NCBI GenBank assembly: GCA_002104905.1
Contig: MCFE01000778.1
Span: forward strand, 1 to 36,820
DNA: 36,820 nucleotides
Direction of reading: 5' to 3'
DNA from: Basidiobolus meristosporus CBS 931.73
Taxonomy: Eukaryota > Fungi > Basidiobolomycota
A program made the translations under genes and the position numbers. The notes under the pieces were generated by a model that worked only from the letters and a program-made list of their open reading frames with translations, did no database searches and was not told the origin of the DNA. Positions 1 to 11,089 of the stretch are shown here, one piece after another; position 1 is the stretch's first letter, and every line of letters starts with the position of its first letter.

Positions 1-296
1 GGTCTTTTTTCTCTTCTCTTGTGGTGTTGGATCAAAGAAGTCTTGTCCATGGGGCAAACAGTTTGACCTTCAGCTATGTAACGCTATTATATCACTTTTT
101 GGTCCATACTCATGTGAATTTAAGACAGTCTTGTATTTGAGACATTGTACCTACATGAATGTAAGATTCAATGATGACCCCCCAATATAAGCATTTTAAA
201 TAAAGTTGTGGCATTACATACACATGTATATGTAACACCATTTCCCCTTTGGTTTGACTCACTTCCATATATATGCCACCATAAAATAAAGCAAAG

Positions 297-1247
297 TTGT
301 CTGGTTCCCAACCAAATCCCACTGCTGACAGCAGCAGAAGAACAGTTGGACAACAGCTTTCTTTGAAATTTGGTGCAACAAGCAGGGCTACATCCAAAAA
401 AGACCAAGTTGATGATGTGCCCCCTGGAGGTAATAATGCAGACTCTGCAGGCTCTCAATCAAGTAGGCAATTAAGAGTCTCTGCAGAGCTACAAGCTGAC
501 CATTATGCTGAGGCAGAGGAGAATGTGGCAAACACAGTACCCTCAGTTGAAGACCAGCAAGTAGCCATCATAACATCACCACCACCCATATTAGCAAGTA
601 TGTTGTCCGCTCATACCAAGGCATTAATGAAGCAATTAGGTGCAGTGGCTGATAGGATAGATACAATGGCCCAGAAAAATTAGGAAATAGTCCAGAAACA
701 GGATGAGCAGATAATACATGTAGAGTAATCAATATCCCAGGTAGAGAAAGCAGTATCTTTGCTGCAAAGTAGGAACTCAAGTAGCTCAATGTCACAGCCA
801 GAAATTGAGCCATTTCCCAATTTAATAACAAAGGAACACTGTGCAGTCTTGGAAGCACAACAGCAATGCCCAAAGAAAAGGCCCACAGAAAAACCAATCA
901 CAGCATGGGAGGGAGACAATGTGGTGTTTATACCTAAGCCTAAAAATCAAAAGTCATTGATGATCCATGAAGCCATTGAGTGCAATAATGAAGAGTGGGC
1001 TAATACACAAGAGGCCATCAAAAGTCTAGCACACTATCATTTTAGGGCCAGCATACCATGGGACCATCAGGAACTCAAGGCAAAGCAGGATGCACTTGAC
1101 TTTTTCCTTGAGCATTATCCTGGATTCAAACTGGCAAATGGATTTTGGGCCAGCATTGGTATGCTAAGAAAGTATCCTTCTGTGATCTTACTCATCCTGC
1201 ACAACATTGATTCACAAAAAAACATCAAAAAATTGATTCTCTCCTGA
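297..1247 (+). pseudogene. Decayed ORF of unknown function (low-complexity N-terminus, coiled-coil, C-terminal globular segment)
   Basis: ORFs 297-683 and 759-1247 are in the same frame, separated only by TAG (681-683) and TAA (726-728). Reading these as Gln restores a heptad-like stretch (LGAVADRIDTMAQKN*EIVQKQDEQIIHVE*SISQVEKAVSLLQ). Lies in CpG-depleted DNA. No family recognised. Confidence 0.5.
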
Positions 1248-2444
1248 ATCATAGGTGAAACACAGGGGCTACTTTGGATGAAGATACAGAGCTATGTTTC
1301 ACACTCTGAGGCCAAGTATAGGTTCACTTGGCCTCTCTGACACACTATGGCATCATTTGGCACTCATGGCTCAATGTGGCACTATCCAACAGAACAAGTC
1401 TAATTTATACAAATGAACAGTAAGCAAAATGGTTGAGTCAGGAAGTAAGGAATGTGAAAAAGAGGCAATAACCAATCAATGCACACAAACATAGGAGGTG
1501 ATACAGTGTCCAGGATCAGAAAGTGAGCAAATTGGCAGAGAACCAATCAAAGGCCACTTTTACATTGTTGTGATGAAAAAACTTGACCAAGTTTTTTGTG
1601 AAATCTGGGGTGCAATTATTTTTCAACAGTCTCTGGACAGTGTCCTGATGGGATCAGTGCCTCTTAGTCATTGGACTTGAAATCTGTGATGGCCTTATGA
1701 TGGGATCATGACAATAGTTTTTCATAGGGGAGGTATTCATGGCAGAAGTGGTGGGTACCAAGCATATGTTTGCAAGATGTACATGTTACCAGAAATACAA
1801 GGTAAATAGCAACTTTGCAAGTATTGCACTAAGAAGCTGTAAAGTGGAGGTGATAGAAGTATGTCAATTGCAGTAGGTGTGTGCATATGTAGGTGCTAGT
1901 AAGCAGGAGGCCACAGCTTTTTTTGATTCAAGCTATATGTGGAATACCCAAGGTAATAGTGGGTAAGCAAATAAAGAGTGGTGAATCTACAGTGAAGTAT
2001 GTGAATTGTGCAATGGGTGGTTGAAAAAGGAAACCCATTTGGTAAGTTGAAACAGTAGCATTATGCAGAACTGCTGTAGCCCTCCATACTACTGTAATAA
2101 TGGCATCAGAGGCTTGCTTTGAGACCATCAAAACACCATCATGTTTTTTGCCATTTAAGGACATTGGATATACTGGCCAGTTAGATCCATTCTAATAGTT
2201 GTAGAGCACACCAAGTCAACAACAATGCCATGCCACTCTTGGCAAAACACTACCTAAACACTGTTACATTTTTCAACTCTATTTGGTAATAAAATTAGCC
2301 AAATTCCATTGTGATCCCTTCATCAGATTGCGTAGAGGGTCATTAATTCCAAGTTGCTGGTATAATAGCAGTTGCCTAGCAGTATCTTAATGGCTGATCT
2401 GGATTGGGTCCACCTTTAGGATCAAATTATTTTTCATACGGTGA

Positions 2445-4058
2445 ATCCACCCAAAAAGCGTAGGATAATTTTTAATCACAAGTCATAGATGTTGACATAT
2501 CAATTATTGATCTGTTTGCATGTGCTGCTACTCCATTTTGCTGTGGGAGTATGGTACAGTAGTTTCTTGCTTCATCCCATGAATTTTGCACAAGTGGATC
2601 AAGAGCTTTAAGGCAAATTCTCTGTCACAGTCTGAGCATACATTTTTTCACTGGTTTCTCTCTCCACCATGGCTCTAACATCTCTGAGCTTTGACAGCGC
2701 TTTTTCTTTCTCTCCATGAAGTAGACCCACATGTGTCTTGTATAATCATCAATAAAAGTGATTAAATCCTTCATCCCACCTAAGTATAAATATTGGATAG
2801 GTCCACACAGATCTGAGTGAATTAGGTCTAATTTTTTCATAGCTGTGATTAACCCAGAGCTCTCAAACAGTTGTCTGGCTTGCTTCCCATACATGCAGGC
2901 TACACAGTGCTCCCAATTAGCTGGGCAATCAACTTTTGTTCTGGCAATTGGCTGATCTTTAATTATTTTACATAAATAATCCAAATTGAGGTGTCCAGAT
3001 CTCCTGTGCCAATGCATTGGTGTTTCTTTATTTAAGTTACTTATATTGGCTTCCAGATATGGTGGTATATAAGTCAGCTTGTATATATTCTGATCTCTGA
3101 CACTTGAAGTAATATGGGCACCATTTGGATCAGTGATCCTGCATTCCAAATTGTCAAAGCTGAAGCTGAGTCCTTCTGCAGTGGCCTTACCTACAGATAG
3201 TAGGTTCTTGGCTACTTCTGGTACAGTTAGTACTACTTTGACAGTAAGCATACAGTCTTCTTCACTGCTTTTAAGGCTTACTTGAATAGTTCTTTCTCCT
3301 TCTACATCAAGTATATTATTGTCACCTGTGAAAACCTTCTCAATTAAAATTTCTTGATATTAGGTAAAAAGACTTTTTGGTGTGTAAAGTGATGATATGC
3401 TCCAGAGTCAATAGCACATCTGCGAATCCTTGTTTGTGATCATATTTAATGCAGATATGAATAGGCCATCTTCAGTTGTTGCAGCATTTCCATTTTCAGG
3501 CTTCTTTTGCTGATTATCTCACTTTTTGAAGCACAGGTCTTATGTGTGACCTTTCCTTTTGCAGTGGTTGCAAAACAGCTTTCTGTTGCCTTCAAAGGGT
3601 CTTCAGTACCTCTTTTGTTGGTTATCATTGCGTATTAAAGCATTTTCTTCTTCTTTCTTATTGGCATTTAATTTTCTTAACTCTTTATCTGGGAGCATTC
3701 CATATTTGTACTTTAAGGTCAAATTTATAGTTCTGGATTCTAGGGCTAATACATGGCCCTGAAGCTTGTCTGTCTGTATATTCAGGATGGTAACTATCAC
3801 ATCCTCATCAGTAGTGGTATACCTACAGATCCCATCTCACCCAACTGCAGGGTAATTCTGCTAATTAGATTTTCATTTCTTGTCATGCAGCATCTTTGTG
3901 GTATAGAACTTTTGTCAGCAATATATTTTCTTAGCAGCTGAACATGACTGGTGTGCATCTTCCAATGCCTTCCAGGCATTCTTTGCTGTTTTTGCTCTTG
4001 CACATTGAATTAGCTCTTTGTCTTTAACATTAAGGCAAATGCAATTAAAGTTACTTTG
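2445..4058 (-). mobile_element. Truncated, decayed Ty1/copia retrotransposon (gag C-terminal part, protease, GAG-pre-integrase, integrase core)
   Basis: Minus-strand frames give NLLSVG, WHRRSGHLN, LIHSDLCGP, ITFIDDYTR and PQQNGVA. The DNA aligns in inverted orientation to 4624-6260. Frameshifts and stops throughout. The 5' end is cut at 4058 by an LTR; the 3' limit is approximate. Confidence 0.9.
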
Positions 4059-4406
4059 TGCCGTAAAAATTTGTAACTCCATCTAAATATTCACCTAGCT
4101 TAGTCTCTGAGATCATTACCATCAAATCCTATAGAATACTGACCAAATGCCTTGTTGGGATTAACTTGAAATATTTTTACCAAAATACCATGTACCCAGA
4201 AAATGAAAATTCTCAAAGTTGCCCAAACAGCCCCAAACTTTGCACACATGCTCTTGGGATCTTCCTTGATCTATTCTTTGTGTTTGCTATGCCAAGACCA
4301 TGTAAAAGTATAAATACTACTTTTACATTCAGTAATCATTAAGTGAAAACCTCATAATCTACTTGTCCTCCCAATCACTTCCAATATCTCCATGACTCTT
4401 ACAGCA
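4059..4406 (+). repeat. 5' LTR of the copia element (~348 bp)
   Basis: Termini TGCCGTAA...TTACAGCA. Aligns along its length to 7523-7870 and 31909-32257. Followed directly by a PBS and the gag ATG. Confidence 0.9.
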
Positions 4407-4418
4407 GGTTATGAGTCC
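4407..4418 (+). promoter_or_regulatory. Primer-binding site for the anticodon arm of initiator tRNA-Met (half-tRNA priming, Ty5/Drosophila copia type)
   Basis: GGTTATGAGTCC immediately after the LTR matches GGTTATGAGCCC (complement of tRNAi-Met GGGCUCAUAACC) at 11/12. It contains the gag ATG at 4411. Confidence 0.8.
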
Positions 4419-6394
4419 CAGGCTGTCAGTGTCTGGAATGTCAACTACTGCTATTACTGGAACATTTCCCTCTGCTGAAAAGTTGGATGGATCTAACTAC
4501 TATGTGTGGAAGGTGAAGATAAAGATGCTGCTACAAGAAAGAGGCCTCTGGGATATTGTCATGGGAGAAGAATGCCCTCCAAAAAATGTGGGAGAGGAAG
4601 CCTTAAAGTACCATAAGAAAGAACAAAGTGCCTTTAACTGCAATTGCCTTAGTGTTAAAGACAAATTGCTAATTCAATGCTCAAGAGCAAAAATGGCAAG
4701 AATGCCTGGAAGGCATTAGAACACACCAACCAGACATGCTCAGCTGCTAAGAAAATGTATCTGAGACAAGAATTCTTTATTACAAAAATGCAGCCAGGAG
4801 AAGAAATGAAAAATTTAATTAGCACAATTACCCTGGTAGTAGATGAGATGGAATCTATGGTCATACCAACTACTGATGAGGATGTCATAGTAACTATCCT
4901 GAATTGCCCAAAAGACATGTTTCAGGGCCTTGTATCAGCCACAGAGGCCAGAACTGAAGATTTGACCTTAAATTATGTATACAGAAGGCTCCTGGATGAA
5001 GAATTATGATAATTGAATGCCAATAAGAAGGAAGAAGAAAATGCTTTAATAAGCAATGATAACCAACAAAGGAGGTACTCAAGACCTTACAAAGGCAACA
5101 GCAACAAGTTTTGCAACTACTGCAAAAGAAAAGAACACACATCAAACCGGTGTCTCAAAATGAGAGATAATCAGCAAAAGAAGCCTGAATATGGAAATAC
5201 TGCAACAACTGCAGATGGACTATTCATATCTGCACTAAATATGACCACAAGCAAGGACTCTCAGACATGGTATATTGCCTCTGGAGCACCTCAACACTAT
5301 ACACACTAAAAAGAACTATTTACCCAATATCAAGAAATTCCAGTCAAGAAGGTTTTCATTGGTGGCAATAGAACACTTGATGAAGTGGGAGAAGGAACTA
5401 TCCAAGTAAACATGAAAAGCAGTGAAGAAAGCCATACACTGACCTTTAAAGTAGTACTCTATGCACCAGAAATAGCAAAGAACCTATTATCTGTAAGCAA
5501 GGCCAATACAGAAGGACCTAGTTTCAGCTTTGACAATTCTGGATGCAGGATTGCTGATCAAAATGGTGCCCATATTGCTTCAGGTATCAGAGATCAGAAT
5601 CTATACAAGTTGACTTGTATACTATCATACTTGGAAGCCAATGTAAGTAACTTATATAAAGGAACACCAATGCTTTGGCACAGGAGATCTGGACCCAACA
5701 ATTTTGATTATTTGTGCAAAATGATCAAAGATCAGCTAATTTTCAGGGTAAAATTGATCCCCCAGCTAATTTGGAGCACTGTGAAGCCTGCATATATGGG
5801 AAACAAGCCAGATTCCTGTTCAAGAGCTCTGGCTTAATCAAAACTGTGAAGAAATTAGATCTAATTCACTCAGATCTGTGTGAACCTATGCAAAATTTGC
5901 CCTTAAGTGGGATGAAGTATTTAATCACTTTTATTGATGATTATACAAGATACATGTGGTTCTACTTCATGGAGAGAAAGGAAAAAGCTCTGTCTAAGCT
6001 CAGGAAGCTAAAAGTCATGGTGCAGAGAGAAACTGGTGAAAAAATCAAGGAAATACTCTCTGACCATGGTGGAAAATATACCTCAAAACTCTTCATCCAC
6101 TTCTGCAAAACTCATGGAATGAAGCAAGAAGCTACTGTACCATATTCCCCATAGCAAAATGGAGTAGCAGAACATGCAAACAGATCAATAACTGATATTG
6201 CCAGATCTATGATCCATGATCAAATATTATTCTATGATTTTTGGGCACAATCAGTTGCCACAGCTGTACACATTAAGAATAGAAGTCATAATAGAATAAA
6301 GTTCTCCATAGACAGAAGTACCTAGACTATCACCCTATTCCAATCCAAGTATATTCATGAAATACTAAAGTAGTACAAATGGAAGACTACAAAT

Positions 6395-6744
6395 TGTTGT
6401 AATTATTGAATTGTCACCTAAATATTCATGCTAACTTAGTCACATAGATCTTATTCTGTGATTAGCATTCTGTCCTGACTAGATTTCTTGTTGGGATTTA
6501 CTTAGAATATTTTCACCAAATTGTCAGGTACCCAGATTATTATTTTTCTCAAAGTTGTCCAAAAGACCCCAAACTTTGCACACATATTCTTGGGACCTTC
6601 CTTAACAAACTCTCCACGTTTGTTTTCCTCTACTTTATCAAAAGTATAAATACCATACTTTTGATCAATAAATCTACAAGTGAATAATATGTAAATCCTC
6701 TAGTTCTCTGCATCACTTCCAATACTCCTCAGAATATTGCAACA
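6395..6744 (+). mobile_element. Solo LTR (related subfamily) inserted in the RT region of the copia element
   Basis: TGTTGTAAT...ATTGCAACA termini with a perfect 5-bp TSD CAAAT (6390-6394 and 6745-6749). Removing it rejoins the RT peptide MEDYK|SAATSMETN. Confidence 0.92.
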
Positions 6745-7513
6745 CAAATCAGCAGCTACCTCAATGGAGACAAACCTTAACTTGGCCAAAACTAAACCAA
6801 ATCAAGAGAGCTTGGTGCCATCTGAAAGCCCTGATTTTTCTTATCAATCTATTGCCAGCAGTTGGATGTATATTATGCTTGGAACATGTCCAGATATCTC
6901 ACATTCAGTGGGAGTTGTAAGCCAACATAATCAGAACTATGGATTGATCATATTGCAGCAGTTAAGTGTATTTTTAGATACCTAAAAGGAACTGCTGATA
7001 TATGCCAAACATACACTTATAAGGATTCAGAACAGAATCTTGTGGGATACTCTGATGCTTATTAGGGACAAAACTTGGAAGACAGAAGATCCACCACAGG
7101 ATACACCTTTCTTTACTGTAAAGGAGCAATTTCATGGAATTCAAGAAAGCAGCCAACCATAGCACTTTCTACCTCAGAAGCAGAGTATATGGCAGCCTGT
7201 GAAGCTACAAAAGAAGCAATGTGGTTAAGAAAGCTCTTTACAGATTTAAGCCTATGTCCAAAAATGCCTATTACATGATTTCAAGATAGTCAAGGATGAT
7301 ACAATTAGGTAGAAATCCAATTTTTCATGCTAGAACCAAGCACAAAGATAGTAGACATCATTTCATATGTGAAACTATAGAGAATAACTTAGTTAACTTA
7401 GCTTACTGTCCTTGAGATGAAATGATTGCAGACATTTTTATTAAACCATTAGCTAGAGACAAGTTTGAATATCTTAGGGCAAAATTAGGACTAGTCAGTA
7501 TGAACATTTAGCT

Positions 7514-7524
7514 GAGTAGGAGGG
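7514..7524 (+). promoter_or_regulatory. Polypurine tract of the copia element
   Basis: GAGTAGGAGGG between the RNase H end and the start of the 3' LTR. Confidence 0.65.
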
Positions 7525-7870
7525 TTGTAAAAGTTTGTAATTCCTCCTAAGCACTCACCTATATAGCCACTTATACCATTATCTACAAGTCTCAGAGAAT
7601 ATGGACCAATTCCATATTGGGATTTATATGGGATATTTTCACCAAAATATTAGGTACCCAGAACATGAAAATTAGATAAGTAGACCAAACAGCCCCAAAC
7701 ATTGCACACATGACCTTGGGACCTTCTTAGACCTATTCTATGTGTTTGTTATGCCAAGATGTTGTAAAAGTATCAATACTACTTTTACATTCAATAAATC
7801 ATTGAGTGGAAAACCTCAAAATCTACTTGTCCTCCCAATCACTTCCAATATCTTCAAGACTGTTACAACA
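7523..7870 (+). repeat. 3' LTR of the copia element
   Basis: (G)GTTGTAAAA...TTACAACA. Homologous to 4059-4406 but clearly diverged from it. Confidence 0.88.
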
Positions 7871-7959
7871 CTGGCTGGCTGAGATTCTGGCAAAATGATG
7901 CGATGTAAATCCTAACAAGAAATTAGGTTGGGATTCTTTAATCTTTGTAGGTAATACAG

Positions 7960-8060
7960 CAAAGGGAGCAATACATACTCTGAGAACTGGCTGATTTCTC
8001 ACCACTTTGCACAAATGATCAAAGTTGATATGTCCAAGTCCCCCATGCAAAAGCACAGGG
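7960..8060 (-). mobile_element. Small copia GAG-pre-integrase fragment
   Basis: Minus frame LHGGLGHINFDHLCKVVRNQPV resembles WHRRSGHLNLDYLCKIIKDQPI of the left copia copy. Confidence 0.6.
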
Positions 8061-9420
8061 AATTCATTGTCAGAGTTATATAACTGTCTTCCAGACTTGG
8101 TAGAATATAAGTTCAATGCAATTGGTGCAAGGAGTGGTGAGACAGTGTAACACCATATTGTAAGTTACCTCAGTGGCATCATATGTGGCCATGCTTGGCT
8201 ACCAAAAGTCCATCAGAAGTTTACTAGGAGGCTGTTATAGCACCATCAAGATCTGGCCAGTAGTCTGTCAAGAAGGGTTAGAACTTGACATACTGGTATT
8301 GCAATGATTTCCTGCTGGAATCTCAATGGCCAACCCAGTGTGGATCCATTAATGGGACCGAATTGTTCTTCATATGGATTAAGATACATTCTTGAACATA
8401 TATGACCACAATGTAACAGATGACAACAGAATATGGAAAATGGATGATCAATATGATAAGTAACACCGTGGAGCAAGTGTATCATGCAGTTTCTGAGATA
8501 GGGCCAGGGGAGATTCCATTGGTGAGGTACTTCCCTGTGTTAACTCTGGCCACCTAACCTCAGTGCTCCAGTTGGCTAAGCCATTGAGATTTCAGATAAT
8601 ATGCTTTGAAAATGTCCACTGGGTTGTATTGCAGGATTTACCTTTGCCAAGTACTTGCAACTGTATGCAGGTGCATCTTGATTCATTCCTGACACTGGAT
8701 GGCACCACCTGGCACACCATAGTGCCAACCTCTACTAGAATGATGGAGCAGGTCCTTTCTGACTCAGATTCCCAAAGATCTCTGTACATGTGTAGGGCAT
8801 TCATTGTGCAACCAAATATTCTGGGTGCACCATGGAATGTGTCCATACTATGCTTCAAGTAGGGAAGATCTGAAGAGCACTGTGCCAATGCTGCTACATG
8901 CAGTATACTCAGGAGTAGGGAAGGATTTGGCCGAAAAAGGATACCACAGCTCCGAATCATACATCCTACAACTTGCGATAAAGCTTTGGATCAGCCTGCG
9001 TGTTGTGAGACCACCCTTTGCATGGTGGAATATGGTGCACTTGTCTTCTACTTCATCTCACATATGATTCGGTAGCAGATGGGGAGCTTTGAGGTATATC
9101 CTCAGCCAATATCAAGACATGTCTTCTTGACATCACCCGGGTTTCTCTCCCCGCTATGGGTTTGTGCCCCCTGAGCTTAGAGAGTGCCGCTTCCGGGTTT
9201 TCCCTGAGATAGATGCAGACAGATCTAATAGTGCGGGCCCACATGCGATCGGTGAGGCTCGGGTCCACGGCCCACCTACATCCTGTCCCGTGGACATCAA
9301 GGCCGGTAGAATAAAAATTTATTGGAAAAATCAATGGGTTACCGTGGGATTGAACTAATGTACCACAAACGCTATGAACGAAACAAATAGCTAAACCGAG
9401 TTGAGAAGGCGGCTTGAAAA

Positions 9421-9542
9421 GGGGGAAGGTGAGGGTTGGGAATAGGTGGAGCAGAAATGTGGATGGAAGTGGGAATGGGAATGGGAATGGGAATGGGAAT
9501 GGATGTGGGAGTGGGGCTGGGGTGGGGTGAGGTGAGGGGAGG
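9421..9542 (+). repeat. G-rich tract containing a (GGGAAT)5 microsatellite
   Basis: Perfect GGGAAT x5 at 9471-9500, flanked by further GGG/GGGG runs. Fits the G3+N1-7 quadruplex pattern. Confidence 0.9.
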
Positions 9543-9707
9543 TGAAATGTTGCATTGCCGCAAAAGAATAACTCCATCAGGACGAGAGTGGGGTTGAGGT
9601 TGGGCCTGGCCTGAAATAACTGTGGCCCGGATCCCAATTCAATCATGACTAATCCGTAACACTTGTTCAGTTCGGCGTTTGAATGGGCTTCAGGGGAGGG
9701 TTCGCAA

Positions 9708-11089
9708 CTAAGGTATTCTCGTGGAACGAATCACCTTCTGTGCCTGATGTACCGGCGAGCGGGACGTATCGATGTTCACGATCTGGTATTGACGATTCTT
9801 CGATAGCTGGCGCAGGCTACATCTGAACATGCTCATCGCCTCGTGGGCATCTCTGCCTCGGACCGAAGCCAGGTTCCGGGGTGGGCGGTTGCCGGGATCG
9901 AACAGAAGAAGGTTGCGGGCGCCGTTGGCCTGCTTCTCGATGCCAACAATGGTCCGGCTGTGGCCTGGGGGATGAAAGTCAGGGGGTTAGCCGCGGTCCA
10001 CTTCGGAGTCCCCATTTACCTACCTTGATGTTGAAGATAGAGCGGTGGCTTCTTGGTGATAACCACCCGGTGACGAGATCCAGATTCGCTGGAGGAGCTT
10101 GAACCTGAGTCGTTGCTAGTAAAGTAATTCTCCACCCACGTTAGGACGGCAGGGTGCGTGTTATTCTCTCCGGTGTATTTGTAGAAATCGGTGACCAGGC
10201 AGCTGCGCAAGCGGTTGAGTACATGACGCTCTTGCGCTCGGTGCAAATCATGAAGGACGGTTACTTACCGAACGCCAAGGTATGAAAGAATGCAATAGAC
10301 TTCGGTTGCGCCAATCCACGTCTTGGTTCCGACCACATGGTTACCGAGCTGCGCTGCTCCTTCTGTATCGAAGCCTTGATATTGCGGCGTTGGATTAATA
10401 AGCTCCACAAAGAACGCCTATCCCTAAAGCAATTACCTGCTTCCCATGCATGCTCAAGTAGTTGCTGCAGTTGATGAACGTCAGGCATGGACTTCAGATT
10501 CAGATCGAATTCCTCCATGGCCAAGAGACAAGAAAGAAGCATCTGCAGATTGTGGTACCCGCATCCCCAGCTAGTGTCACGCTTGTCGTAGCTGATGTGC
10601 TTGGTAGCTGGATGGCAGAAGTAGACTACCGATTCTTCTTCCTCCGCAGAGGACTCGATCAAGGTTTTCAGCTGATCAATGAGAACTTTTTGAGGGGGAG
10701 GGCAAAATTACTGGTTAGTGGAGCAGTTCACAACGAGCGAGAGATCGGAGAAAGTCGAGGCACCTGTGTTCAGCTTGGGCTTGGGAGCTGCAAGAAACAG
10801 ATAGATTAGCCAACAATAGGTAAAGAACGGAGCAACCACCACTCCACCTACTTTCTAAGTGATTTCCGGCTGCTCCTCTTTTCGACGGATGCTCCTACAT
10901 GATACCCTATAGGTGAGCTGGTTCGCCCCAAGCAGATCAATCGAAGGGAAGTGGTACCTTGGAAGAGCCGGCTGGATTGGAGGGTTTGGGAGAGTACTGC
11001 TGAGAAACCTTCTCGTAATGGGAATTGACGTGGTGGTTTAGGAATGATTCATCACCATTAATATAGTTGTTACACACTGGGCACTCCAT
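9708..11089 (-). CDS. ZUP1: ZUP1/ZUFSP/Mug105-family deubiquitinase (peptidase C78) with one N-terminal UBZ-type zinc finger; 7 coding exons predicted
   Basis: Spliced translation: MECPVCNNYINGDESFLNHHVNSHY...SWGCGYHNLQMLLSCL...AWEAGFDTEGAAQLGNHVVGTKTWIGATEV...PPLYLQHQGHSRTIVGIE...LLLFDPG...QYQIV...STRIP*. The catalytic Cys, His and Asp motifs are present. Six GT-AG introns keep the frame. The N-terminal micro-exon junctions are less certain. A probable 5'UTR intron lies at ~11126-11214. Confidence 0.92.

Larger units (their letters stand above)
4059..7870 (+). mobile_element. Decayed Ty1/copia retrotransposon with two LTRs, internally deleted (integrase C-terminus and most of RT missing)
   Basis: gag (KLDGSNYYVWKVKIKMLL; CNYCKRKEH knuckle), protease (WYIASGA), integrase (LIHSDLCEP, FIDDYTRY, SDHGGKY, YSP*QNGVAE), RT C-terminus (QSKYIHEIL..MEDYKSAATSMETN), RNase H (DRRSTTGY, SWNSRKQPTIALSTSEAEY, HARTKH). 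Multiple stops and frameshifts. Confidence 0.93.

Noticed and set aside
2160-2260. Possible gypsy integrase remnant (WHGIVVDLV...KHDGVLMVS)
   Set aside because: Similarity is too short and spread over different frames to support a call.
9053-9646. 197-aa ORF with PFPFPFPF repeats
   Set aside because: The repeat is just the translation of the (GGGAAT)n microsatellite. No family signal.
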